From: Candidatus Bathyarchaeota archaeon
GTDB taxonomy: Archaea; Thermoproteota; Bathyarchaeia; TCS64
Assembly: GCA_963771885.1 (NCBI GenBank)
Contig: CAVYVF010000007.1
Coordinates: 82,774-146,773 of the forward strand
DNA: 64,000 bases
Direction: 5' to 3'
Below the pieces are notes generated by a model. The model worked only from the letters and a program-made list of their open reading frames with translations, was not told the DNA's origin and made no database searches. Both the position numbers and the translations under genes were made by a program. Positions 50,741-60,305 of the stretch are shown here, piece by piece; within the stretch, counting starts at the first letter, position 1; every line of letters starts with the position of its first letter.

Positions 50741-50830
50741 TCAGATCCCTCTGCACCTTGTTTGCTCGCCTACCGTTTAATCGTTGCCCGCAGGAGATGG
50801 GTTTAAGCGCCGTCTTGCGGTTTTCGATTC

Positions 50831-51319
50831 GTGGTCGATACTCGGCTGCTCAGCCGCTGCGGCATCTACTGCGGCGCATGCTACGTCTACAGGGCGCAGA
50901 GGGACGGCGGCGCCCTTCTCGAAGAGGTGTCTAAGCGGTTCGGAGTTCCGTCAGAGAAGATAAAGTGTAACGGCTGCTCCGGCCCCTACGAAGAACAGTG
51001 GCCGAACTGCCAAAAGTGTGCCTTCAAGGTCTGCCAAAGGCGACGCGGCGTCGATAACTGCACCCAATGCGCCGACTTTGACTTCTGCTCCGATTACCGG
51101 CAGTTCGCCGACTTCACCGCCTACAGGGGTGAGAACGTTAGAGCGAGTCTCAGGAGGATTGAATCCGGTGAGGGTGAGGAGTGGCTTAGGGAGCAGGAGG
51201 AACGCTGGACATGCCCGAGATGCAACTACCCGCTGATGTGGTACGATAACGTTTGCCGCAAGTGTAACTGGAAGATACGGGAGAAGCCGATCACAATGGA
51301 CGGCAACTCTGAGAAGTGA
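50831..51319 (+). CDS. Cys-rich DUF3795-like protein
   Basis: CGIYCGAC, CNGC, CAFKVC…CTQCADFDFC, C-terminal CPRC…CRKC. Confidence 0.75.
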   Translation: MVDTRLLSRCGIYCGACYVYRAQRDGGALLEEVSKRFGVPSEKIKCNGCSGPYEEQWPNCQKCAFKVCQRRRGVDNCTQCADFDFCSDYRQFADFTAYRGENVRASLRRIESGEGEEWLREQEERWTCPRCNYPLMWYDNVCRKCNWKIREKPITMDGNSEK

Positions 51320-51871
51320 TTAAGCTTTCAGGGTCTTGACAGCGTCGAAACCCGTAGCGTGTGCCTCCTTCATGAGCTCGGCGTCCATCATAGCCGCCAT
51401 CTTCGAGCCGGCGCCGCCCGTCTGCAGGACCTTGTACTTCTCCATGTTTAGGTAGTCGAGCATCTCCTCGAAGGTCTTAACCATGAGGTCGGCGTAGATG
51501 GGTCCCCCTCCCGAGGAGACTGCTAGTATGATCCTCTTCCCCGCGAAGACGTCTCTCGGCACGGAGTACCACCTGTCGATGAATGCCTTCATCTGCGCTG
51601 TCGCGCCCCACCAGTAGACGGGCGTCGCGAGGACCCAAACCCTTGACGCCTTCATCGACTCAATCATTGGCGCCATGTCGTCCTTCTGGATGCATACGTG
51701 TGTCCGGGAGCAGGCGTTGCAGGCTCTGCAGGGGTTGACCTCCTTTTCGGCGAGGACGAATTTCTCAGTCTGCGCCCCCGCCTCAGCCGCGCCTCTTAAA
51801 ACCTCGTCAAGTATCGTCTCGGTGTTGCCGCCCCTACGCGGGCTGCCCGCTATCCCGAGTACCTTCGTCAT
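51320..51871 (-). CDS. Iron-sulfur flavoprotein / NADPH-dependent FMN reductase family
   Basis: GSPRRGGNT, CRACNAC…C, TPVYW, KAFIDR. Confidence 0.85.
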   Translation of the reverse strand: MTKVLGIAGSPRRGGNTETILDEVLRGAAEAGAQTEKFVLAEKEVNPCRACNACSRTHVCIQKDDMAPMIESMKASRVWVLATPVYWWGATAQMKAFIDRWYSVPRDVFAGKRIILAVSSGGGPIYADLMVKTFEEMLDYLNMEKYKVLQTGGAGSKMAAMMDAELMKEAHATGFDAVKTLKA

Positions 51872-52707
51872 TTCTTCTCAAGCGCCTCCCTGAGGACGTT
51901 CGAGCCCTTCTGGTAGTCCCTCCAGAGCTTGCCGCCCGTCACGCCACCGTCCACGAAGAGGTTCTGCCCAGTGACGAACATTGAGTCGTCGCTGGCTAGG
52001 AAGAGCGCCGCTTTTGCGACCTCCTCGGGCATTATGGGGCCGCGGAGTGGCTGGGCGTCCCTGAAGGCGTCCTCGATTATGTGCAGCTTCGCCTCGGCTT
52101 GGTCACGTGTAAGGCTCCTTGCGATACCGATCATAGGCGTCGGTATGTAGCCGGGGCTAATGCAGTTGACGCGTATACCCACCTCGCCGAGCTCCATGGC
52201 TACGCTCTTCGTGAGCTGCATTATCCCCGCCTTAGAGGCGCTGTAGATGTGGTTGCCGAAGCCCGCGAGGATGGCTGCCGTGCTAGCCGTGTTGATTATG
52301 CTACCCGAGCCCTGCCTACGCATGACCGGCGCAGCGTGCTTGATGCCGAGGAAACAGCCGCGCAAGTTAACCCTGATCGTCTTATCAAAGTCCTCGACCT
52401 TGACGCCCTCGATAGGGCCGACGGCGCCGACGATGCCAGCGTTGTTGAACATAACGTCGAGGTGCCTCCATTTATCCACAGCAGCCTTGACAGTGTCCCG
52501 TATATCGTCCTCACTCGTTACATCAGTGTGGCGGTAGACCACGTTCCCCTCGAAACTCGCGGCGAGTCTTCTCCCTCTCTCGTCTTCGACGTCCGCAACG
52601 ATTACACTCGCGCCTTCAGATGCGAAGAGGCGGACAGTCGCCTCGCCTATACCGCTGGCGCCACCTGTGACTATCGCTACCTTATCCTCTAGCCTACCCA
52701 TAGACAA
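51868..52707 (-). CDS. Short-chain dehydrogenase/reductase
   Basis: TGGASGIG, NNAG, YSASK, NCISPG, VDGG. Confidence 0.92.
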   Translation of the reverse strand: MSMGRLEDKVAIVTGGASGIGEATVRLFASEGASVIVADVEDERGRRLAASFEGNVVYRHTDVTSEDDIRDTVKAAVDKWRHLDVMFNNAGIVGAVGPIEGVKVEDFDKTIRVNLRGCFLGIKHAAPVMRRQGSGSIINTASTAAILAGFGNHIYSASKAGIMQLTKSVAMELGEVGIRVNCISPGYIPTPMIGIARSLTRDQAEAKLHIIEDAFRDAQPLRGPIMPEEVAKAALFLASDDSMFVTGQNLFVDGGVTGGKLWRDYQKGSNVLREALEKK

Positions 52708-52841
52708 TCAGGGAAAATAATGGTGGGTGTGTATTTCACGCTATCCCGCGCAACATCATCTCCATGACCTGCCCCATGTATGCAATGTAAACATGGAATA
52801 CCTTATCTCGAAGCACCGATTCCCTGTTTTTAGTGCTCGCC

Positions 52842-53069
52842 ATGCCCCTCTACAAGATGCTCGACAAGGCCGAGCGGCTCCTCAAGGCCGGAAGAATCGA
52901 GCGACTCGACAGTGGGCACTACAATGTAATAGGAGACCATGGGACGTACACTCTCGTCGTAAAGGAGGGACGCGTTTACTGCAGCTGTCCTGGCTTCCAA
53001 GAAAAGGGCGTTTGTAGTCACAGCCTCGCCGTCATGAAGATGACTCAAGGTCCCCGGAACAAATACTAG
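52842..53069 (+). CDS. Small SWIM zinc-finger protein
   Basis: CSCPGF…CSH (CxC…CxH). Confidence 0.75.
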   Translation: MPLYKMLDKAERLLKAGRIERLDSGHYNVIGDHGTYTLVVKEGRVYCSCPGFQEKGVCSHSLAVMKMTQGPRNKY

Positions 53070-53112
53070 CCTACTCGCGCGCGGTCCTCCGGGGTGAGTG
53101 GTGTCTTCTTCA

Positions 53113-53568
53113 TCACTTAGCCTTCTTGGCAAGTGCTGCACCCAGTTCGCGGCACCTCACGAGTATCTCCTTCGTTGGCTCACCAGAGCATCCGAGTGGC
53201 TCGCCGACGAGTGTGCCAACATACTTGAATAGGTTGAGCATGGCGTCCCTTACCTTGCCTCCACCTCCGTGACTGTAGAAGAGGACGTAGGGTTTCTCCT
53301 TCATCCCCTTGACGCCCTTTCGAGTGTGGAGAATATAATGGTCGTCCATGAATGTTTTGAGACCGCCGGCGACGTAGCTGTAGTAGTCGGGGCTACCGAA
53401 GGCGACGCAGGTGTACTCTGGGAAGGTTGAGGCGTCGAACCTGTCCTCGTTTGTGTTGTAGAGTGTGACTTCGCACCCCGATGAGCGCAGTCCCTCCGCC
53501 ACGGCCTCAGCCATCTTACCCGTGTTCCCATACTCCTGAGAGTGATATAGAACGAGTGCTTTTACCAA
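53113..53568 (-). CDS. Flavodoxin domain protein
   Basis: YHSQEYGNTGKMAEAV, GSPDY, SHGGGG. Confidence 0.82.
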   Translation of the reverse strand: MVKALVLYHSQEYGNTGKMAEAVAEGLRSSGCEVTLYNTNEDRFDASTFPEYTCVAFGSPDYYSYVAGGLKTFMDDHYILHTRKGVKGMKEKPYVLFYSHGGGGKVRDAMLNLFKYVGTLVGEPLGCSGEPTKEILVRCRELGAALAKKAK

Positions 53569-53671
53569 GATTAACACCTGAATAGGATCTTTGCGCGTGC
53601 CTTTAATAGGGTTTGAGGTTGGAACTGAGGCGATACTCTTTTCACGGCACCGGCTGGATCAGGTAGAGACC

Positions 53672-54853
53672 TTGGCACACGAAGTCGGCTTCGTCTGGAG
53701 GGTGGCGGGCTACATGGCGGCACTATTCGCCACCTTCGTCGGCTACGGCATGATCCAGCCGCTGCTCTCGCTGCATACGAGCACCTTCGTCGGGACCTCA
53801 TACATGCTCGTGGGTCTCCTGATCTCAATGATAGGTCTCATAAAGGCGGGCTTTGGTCCTGTGAGCGGTTTTCTCTCCGATGTATATGGTCGTAAGAAGC
53901 TGGCCACCATCGGTGCCTGCGCCATCGCCGGCAGCATGGGGATCGTCTGGCTCTCAAGCTCCTCGACGATACTCGTCGCGGGTTTCCTCCTCTACGGCGT
54001 CGGGCAGGCGATGTTCTTCCTCGCCATGATGACGTCGATGGTCGAGGCGGCTGGTGCAGAGAAGCGGGCCGTAGCTATGGGGCTCTACGAGGGGGGTAAC
54101 GGCATCGCCATCATGGTTGGATTTGCGTCGTCTAGCTTCCTCGTGGGCATTCTCGGCGTCTCGGGGGTCTTCGGGGTCGCCGCAGCTTTCTCAGCCGTCT
54201 CCGCCCTTGTCTGCGTCTTCATACTGAGTGAGACCTCGCCGCCGAACGGGGCAAGGGGGCCGATGCTCGACATCAAGGGGATCAGGGCACTGATCACGCC
54301 AACGTACGTCTGCGCGATGTACTCCGCCTTCCTCTTCATGTACTACCAGAGCGCCTTCGGCGCCATTATCCCCCTCTACACGACACAGACGGGGCTCCTA
54401 ACTGTTGGTGAGCTCTCGATGCTCTTCGTCTCCGTCGCCGGGGCAACGGCGCTGGGGTCTCTCCTCTCAGGGCCCGTCTCCGACCGCATGGGCAGAAGAC
54501 TCCCCATCGTGGTTGGGATGGTCTTCACCGCCCTCAGCTTCGCCGGACTCTATGTCGCAACATCGCCGGTGCTACTCGTCGCCTCCAGCCTAGCACTCGG
54601 CTTCGGCACCGGCTTCTTCCACCCCGTCGCGAGTGCCCTAGTCGCCGACATATCATCATCGGAGAACAGGGGAAAGGCCTTCGGCTTCTACCGCCTGATG
54701 AGGGACTTCGGCATGTTCGCCGGGCCAGCAGTCGCTGGATTCATCTCCGCCTTACTCGGGGTCGGTGCGCTGTTCCTACTAAACATCGCCCTCGCGGCGC
54801 TAGGCTGCCTTGTCGCCTTGATGGTCATCAAAGAGACTCGTACTAAGCGGTAG
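53672..54853 (+). CDS. MFS transporter
   Basis: GFLSDVYGRK and GPVSDRMGRR motif A repeats, 12 TM segments. Confidence 0.9.
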   Translation: MAHEVGFVWRVAGYMAALFATFVGYGMIQPLLSLHTSTFVGTSYMLVGLLISMIGLIKAGFGPVSGFLSDVYGRKKLATIGACAIAGSMGIVWLSSSSTILVAGFLLYGVGQAMFFLAMMTSMVEAAGAEKRAVAMGLYEGGNGIAIMVGFASSSFLVGILGVSGVFGVAAAFSAVSALVCVFILSETSPPNGARGPMLDIKGIRALITPTYVCAMYSAFLFMYYQSAFGAIIPLYTTQTGLLTVGELSMLFVSVAGATALGSLLSGPVSDRMGRRLPIVVGMVFTALSFAGLYVATSPVLLVASSLALGFGTGFFHPVASALVADISSSENRGKAFGFYRLMRDFGMFAGPAVAGFISALLGVGALFLLNIALAALGCLVALMVIKETRTKR

Positions 54854-54920
54854 ATACGTTCACCCGTATCCGGATGCGTCGCAGGTAAACGATATATCCT
54901 CCTTAACCTAACGCGAAACC

Positions 54921-55271
54921 ATGAAGCGGCAGAAGTACCGCGTAGTAAATGAGCACAAGGCTTCCTTCCCATACTCTATGGTCGCCGTAGAAGGCGACTA
55001 TGTATCCATTGGTAAGGAGGACCCCGAGATGCCGGGATGGTATTGGTGCAAGGACAAGAAAGGCGTCGAGATGTGGGTGCCCTCAACCTACCTCAAGATC
55101 GAAGGCGCGAAAGGCACATTCACACAGGACTATAATTCTAGAGAGCTAGACACCGCTGTCGGCGACGTGATCCAATACCTCAGTGAGACTCTTGGCTGGG
55201 TAGAGTGCCTAAACTCTGAGTGGAAATACGGCTGGATACCTGCGAACAAGCTCACCCACGTAACTCCTTAA
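54921..55271 (+). CDS. Tandem SH3-like domain protein
   Basis: GWYWC…WVPSTYL and QDYNSREL…GD…GWVEC…GWIPANKL. Confidence 0.75.
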   Translation: MKRQKYRVVNEHKASFPYSMVAVEGDYVSIGKEDPEMPGWYWCKDKKGVEMWVPSTYLKIEGAKGTFTQDYNSRELDTAVGDVIQYLSETLGWVECLNSEWKYGWIPANKLTHVTP

Positions 55272-55504
55272 ACTCCTCTTGAATGTGTAATGATATCTAC
55301 ACCGATGAAATGTTTACATTATACTCGGTGAAAGTCGATGTGGAACCAAACTAGGGTAGATGGCGTATTGGTGACTCTGAATCTTCCGAAGGTTAGCCAC
55401 ACGTATATCCCTATGATCACTTCGGGTTATCCCATAGCTGCATTGGCCGCATTGTGTTCCGTTAGGATGCCCCGTAGAGGAACAGATGCGAGAGGTTACG
55501 ATGT

Positions 55505-56527
55505 ATGAACTCCCCTGCGAAGATGATAGTAATCGTGGTATTCGTTATCGTGGCGATGGCAACGATAGGCTACGGGGCTTGGCTTTACATGAATTCGTCA
55601 GGTGACTATCAGGGGAATATCGAGTCGATAACCGTCTCCCACCCAATGTTCGAGTCCATGACCCTGTTCTGGGTTGCTGAGGAGCAGGGTTTCTTCTTGA
55701 GAAACGGCTTGAACGTCACCTCCCAAGTGTATGCCAGCGGGGTGGAGGCGCTTGCCGCCGTCGAGACTGGGGATGCTGATATTTCTATAGGCGTAGCTGA
55801 GTTCCCACTGGCCGTGAGGGCTCTTCGAGGAGAGAATCTTTGTACGTTCGCGGTTGTCGATAAAGCTGAGTTCGTCTACCTCGTAGGGCGCGCTGACCGA
55901 GATATTATATCTGTATCCGACTTGGCGGGTAAGAAGATCGGCATTGTATCCGGGACAATAGCCGAGTTTTACCTCGGAAGAACCCTCGAACTACAAGGTA
56001 TGAGCATCCGAAACGTGACCCTTGTCGACTTAAAGACACCTGAGGAGTGGGTCAGCGCGATCGTAGAGGGGAATGTCGATGCGGTTTCGATAGCCCAACC
56101 TTCCGTGAACATAATAATCGAAGGCCTGGGCGGAGACGCTGTCATCCTGCCAGTGCAGAGCAGCCAGCTCATGTACGTGTTGGCGATCTCAACCGACGAC
56201 TGGGTGAGGAGTAACCCCGAGATCATCGACAGGTTCCTGAAAGCACTAAATCAGGCCGAAAAATACACACTCAACAATCCCTCACAGGCAAAGGCACTGG
56301 TAAAGGAAAAGATGGACTTCACGGATAAGTACATTGAGACCGTGTGGAACCAGAATCAGTACACACTCTCGCTCGACCAGACGCTTGTCCTCGCCATGGA
56401 GGACGAGGCTCGATGGATGATCGTAAACGGCCTCACAGACGAGACGGAGATACCCAACTTTCTTAATAACGTCTACGAGGACGCGCTCAAGGCCTTGAAA
56501 CCTGAGTCAGTCAACATCATTCGATGA
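55505..56527 (+). CDS. NrtA/SsuA/NMT1-type solute-binding protein, membrane anchored
   Basis: N-terminal TM, VAEEQGFF..NGLNV, DLAGKKIG…GT, GNVDA, NPEIIDRFLKAL. Confidence 0.85.
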   Translation: MNSPAKMIVIVVFVIVAMATIGYGAWLYMNSSGDYQGNIESITVSHPMFESMTLFWVAEEQGFFLRNGLNVTSQVYASGVEALAAVETGDADISIGVAEFPLAVRALRGENLCTFAVVDKAEFVYLVGRADRDIISVSDLAGKKIGIVSGTIAEFYLGRTLELQGMSIRNVTLVDLKTPEEWVSAIVEGNVDAVSIAQPSVNIIIEGLGGDAVILPVQSSQLMYVLAISTDDWVRSNPEIIDRFLKALNQAEKYTLNNPSQAKALVKEKMDFTDKYIETVWNQNQYTLSLDQTLVLAMEDEARWMIVNGLTDETEIPNFLNNVYEDALKALKPESVNIIR

Positions 56528-56531
56528 GGTA

Positions 56532-58520
56532 GTGAGTATGAAGCTCAAGATACAGTTCATCGCTGGTATGGCGGTCTTCGGCACGATCGTGTTGATTGTT
56601 GCCGCCTCAGTGGCCTACACGAACAGCCAGATAGCACAGCTCAACGGGCAGGTTGAGATCGCGAGGAGGATCGAGCGGGGAACAGCGGATCTAAGCTACC
56701 TCTCAAACGACTACTTCCTCTACCAGGAGAGCCAACAGCTTGACCGCTGGCAGTCAAAGTTTATGACACTCAATAGCGACATCGCTAGTTTGGATCCGAC
56801 GAGTGATAGGGGACTGACGCTAGCTGCAAATTTGGAGGAGGATATCCTGAGGCTGGAAACCGTCTTCGGCGATGTCGTAACGTATCTCGACAACGCGCCG
56901 AGAAACGTAAGTGTTAGAGTCGACCCAGAGTTCCAGGTAGCATGGAGGCGGATGGCGGTCCAGACCCAGACTCTGTCCTTCGACGCGTCACAGTTATCCC
57001 AGATTCTACTTTTACAGGTCGACCAAGCACAACAAACCAACATACTCCTCATCCTCACGCTATTCGGCGTCTTCGGGGTCTACTTCCTCACAAACTACAT
57101 GTTCATGTATCGTCGGACACTGCGATCAATCTCAGAGCTTCAGGCTGGGGTGGGCATAATCGGCTCCGGTAACTTCGACTACATCATTCCACCTAAATCC
57201 GATGACGAGATCGGGGAACTCTCTCAATCCTTCAACAAGATGACGACCAACCTTAAGCTTGTGACCGCCTCAAAAACCGAGCTGGAGAGGGAGGTCACTG
57301 TTAGAAAGAAGGCCGAGGAGCAGCTCCGTAAAAGCAACGATGAACTGGTCGTGAAAGAGGAAGCTCTCAGGGCGTCCTATGATGAGCTCTCCGCCATCAA
57401 CGAGGAGCTCGCTGCTACCGAGGAGGAGCTGAGAACCGCTAACGAGCGGGTGCAGGAACATGCCGGCAAGCTTGAAGTGCTCGTTGAGGAGCGGACTGCG
57501 AAGCTCCATGAAAGTGAGGAGCGCCTACGAGGTTTCATGAACTCGGCGACTGAGGGATTCGCCATCTACGACGGGGCGATGAACCTCGTCGAGGTGAACA
57601 AGCTCGTCATCGACAGATTTCTACCCGGAACTCGTCGAGAGGATGTCATCGGAAGGAACATTAACGAGCTCTACCCTGGCATCGTGGAGACCGAGTGGTA
57701 CAGCGTTTACCTAGATGTGATTGAAACTAGTGAACCGAGGCGCATCGAGAGGATGATGGGCGCAGGGGCTCTCAGCGATAGGATACTGGAGGCTTCTGTT
57801 TTCAAGGTGGGCGATGGTATCGGCGTCATTTCAAGAGACGTCACTGATGTAGTTAATCTTGAGGATCGGCTGAGGAAATCCGAGAGCATCGAGGCGGTCG
57901 GGAAGCTGACTGCGATGCTCGCCCACGACCTCCGAAATCCGTTGAACTTCATAAGCCAGGCCTCTGAGCTGGCGAGGAATCAACCGGAGAAGGCTGACAG
58001 GATGCTCAAGCTCATCGGTGAGAGCGCCGCTAGGTCGCTGAGTATGATTGAAAACCTGCGCGCCAGCACCAGGGAGATAAGCATTCAGAAGGTCAGTACC
58101 GACCTCGTCAAACTTATTGAGAAGATTGTCGAGGAGACCCGCGTCCCAGAGAACATCCGCCTTGAGATACTCGTCGGCAAGGGGCTGGGGAGGGTCAACC
58201 TCGATGCTGGGTTAGTGAGGAGAGTGCTCGACAACCTCATCAGCAACGCCGTCGAGGTCATGCCAGATGGCGGCGTGATAAAAATAAGGGCATCCTCGGA
58301 GGGTGGAAGCGTACGGATCGACGTCGTCGACACGGGCGCGGGTATCACAGACGAGGCTATGCCCCACATCTTCGAGTCCTTTTACACGACGAAGGCGAAG
58401 GGGCTGGGTCTCGGCCTTCCCTTCAGCAGAAGGGCGGTGGAGGCACACGGGGGGACCCTGTCGTTCACCACGCGACATGAGGTGGGGACAACGTTCACTG
58501 TGGTCCTCCCGATGCGTTGA
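56532..58520 (+). CDS. Membrane sensor histidine kinase (TM-sensor-TM-HAMP-coiled coil-PAS-HisKA-HATPase)
   Basis: DEIGELSQSFNKM (HAMP), AHDLRNPL, NLISNA, DTGAGI, FYTTK, GLGLGL. Confidence 0.9.
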   Translation: MSMKLKIQFIAGMAVFGTIVLIVAASVAYTNSQIAQLNGQVEIARRIERGTADLSYLSNDYFLYQESQQLDRWQSKFMTLNSDIASLDPTSDRGLTLAANLEEDILRLETVFGDVVTYLDNAPRNVSVRVDPEFQVAWRRMAVQTQTLSFDASQLSQILLLQVDQAQQTNILLILTLFGVFGVYFLTNYMFMYRRTLRSISELQAGVGIIGSGNFDYIIPPKSDDEIGELSQSFNKMTTNLKLVTASKTELEREVTVRKKAEEQLRKSNDELVVKEEALRASYDELSAINEELAATEEELRTANERVQEHAGKLEVLVEERTAKLHESEERLRGFMNSATEGFAIYDGAMNLVEVNKLVIDRFLPGTRREDVIGRNINELYPGIVETEWYSVYLDVIETSEPRRIERMMGAGALSDRILEASVFKVGDGIGVISRDVTDVVNLEDRLRKSESIEAVGKLTAMLAHDLRNPLNFISQASELARNQPEKADRMLKLIGESAARSLSMIENLRASTREISIQKVSTDLVKLIEKIVEETRVPENIRLEILVGKGLGRVNLDAGLVRRVLDNLISNAVEVMPDGGVIKIRASSEGGSVRIDVVDTGAGITDEAMPHIFESFYTTKAKGLGLGLPFSRRAVEAHGGTLSFTTRHEVGTTFTVVLPMR

Positions 58521-58613
58521 CGAAGCGCGCGCGTGGAGACGGTTTAACTAGTGCGAATGCGTCGATGCGCGGTTTTAAAAGCATTATCCAGGTATCCTTT
58601 CAACGGTGCTGTT

Positions 58614-59456
58614 ATGCCGATAGTTTTACCGAAGGGAAAGAAGTGCGCCGTCGTCCTCAGCTGGGACTTTGATGCAATGTCAGCGTTCGTCCTACGCGGC
58701 GAGACGACTCCCACATTGATAAGTCAGGGCGAGTTCGGCCCGAGGGTCGGCGTCCCGAGGGTGCTCGACCTCTGCGACAAGTACAACTTCAAGACTACCT
58801 TCTTCGTCCCCGCGTGGACCATTGAGGTCTACCCAGAGTTGACGAAGAAGATATTTGATAAGGGCCACGAGATCGGCCACCACATGTGGTGCCACGAGGA
58901 CGCGCCGCAGCTCAGCTACGAGAAGGAGCTGGAGCTGATGGAGAAGGCGAACGAAGTGATAAAGAGGGTCACCGGCAAGTACCCCGTCGGTAACCGCAGC
59001 GGCGGCTTCGCCAACAGCAATAATACGATAAAGCTGATGGAGGACCACGGTTTCCTCTACGACAGCACTCAGATGGGTGACGATTTCCACCCCTACAAGT
59101 GCAGGGTTGGTGACCACGGCTCACCACAGGAGCCATGGGTCTTTGGCAAGCAGTCCAACATCATCGAGCTGCCAATCAGTTGGTACATGGACGACTATCC
59201 CCACTTCGAGTACCGCAGGGCTCCCCTTAACCCGGGTCTGCATTCTCCAAGCGATGTCTTCGAGGTTTGGAGCCAAGAGTTCGACTATATGTACGAAAAC
59301 GAGGAGAACGGCGTCTACGTGCTGACGCTGCACCCCTATATCAGCGGCAGGGCTCACAGGATAATGATGATTGAAAGACTTATCCAGCACATGATGAGGA
59401 AGCCCGGTGTCTGGTTCACCCGCTGCGAGGACGTCGCCCGCTGCTGGAAGGATTAG
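58614..59456 (+). CDS. Polysaccharide deacetylase (CE4, PuuE/PgdA-like)
   Basis: SWDFD, GPRVGVPR, TFFVP, HEIGHHMWCHE, YDST, LTLHP. Confidence 0.88.
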   Translation: MPIVLPKGKKCAVVLSWDFDAMSAFVLRGETTPTLISQGEFGPRVGVPRVLDLCDKYNFKTTFFVPAWTIEVYPELTKKIFDKGHEIGHHMWCHEDAPQLSYEKELELMEKANEVIKRVTGKYPVGNRSGGFANSNNTIKLMEDHGFLYDSTQMGDDFHPYKCRVGDHGSPQEPWVFGKQSNIIELPISWYMDDYPHFEYRRAPLNPGLHSPSDVFEVWSQEFDYMYENEENGVYVLTLHPYISGRAHRIMMIERLIQHMMRKPGVWFTRCEDVARCWKD

Positions 59457-59524
59457 ACTCATCACGTGAATCGAGTTTTACTTGTTTTTTCGCAGCTCCT
59501 GAATCGGTTTAGCTGCTCTCTAGC

Positions 59525-60196
59525 TTACTGTAGCGGGATGAGTCTAATTGCCTTCGTCGGGCAGATGTCGACGCATAGGCCACAACCGAAGCAGATGTCC
59601 TTATTGAACTCGAGCTTGCCGTCGACGATCTTGCGAGCACCGAACTGGCACCGTGTAATACAAGCACCACAGTCGGTGCACGCCTCCGGGTTCGTTAGTG
59701 TTGTGGCTATTGACTTGACGAGGTGAGTGTTCTTACCAACTTTGAGGGTGGCGCCCCAGACGCTGCAGGCGCATGAGCAGCAATTGCATATGTAGTTGAC
59801 TCCCTCGGGCTTCGGCGTGTCCGTCCTCGTGTAAGCCATTGGGACGAGGCCCGCCTCGTGTGCCATCTCAACGACCTTGATGGCCTGCTCCTTCGTTATC
59901 TCCCTCGCTTTGCCCCTGCTGATCTGGAGCTCCGCGGCGTCGTTTAGTTGGAGGCAGGTCTCCAGTGGGTGGTCGCACACCTTCCGCTTTGTCCTGCATA
60001 CGCAGTCCTTGACCGAGATCCTCCTAGCCTTGTCTATGTAGCCCCTGACGCTGTCGAGGTTGAGTACCGTGTTGCTCAGCTTGATCTCCTCGAAGATAGG
60101 GAGGGCTATTCCCGCGGCTATGTTGTACGAGTCGGCTATCGCCGACTCTTGGTCGGCCTCGTCGAGGAACGGTGGGACGTGCTTCTTCTGCGGCAT
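59525..60196 (-). CDS. 4Fe-4S dicluster ferredoxin-domain protein
   Basis: CVCR…C…C, ICNCCSCAC, CTDCGACITRC, CFGCGLCVDIC. Confidence 0.85.
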   Translation of the reverse strand: MPQKKHVPPFLDEADQESAIADSYNIAAGIALPIFEEIKLSNTVLNLDSVRGYIDKARRISVKDCVCRTKRKVCDHPLETCLQLNDAAELQISRGKAREITKEQAIKVVEMAHEAGLVPMAYTRTDTPKPEGVNYICNCCSCACSVWGATLKVGKNTHLVKSIATTLTNPEACTDCGACITRCQFGARKIVDGKLEFNKDICFGCGLCVDICPTKAIRLIPLQ

Positions 60197-60305
60197 ACTG
60201 CTTCAACTACCCCGAAGATAGCAACTCACTTAACCGCGATGGTTAAAAAATTAACCATGGAGGCTTCGGACTCTTTTTACTCCGCGGTCCAATCCTTCTC
60301 AGGGT

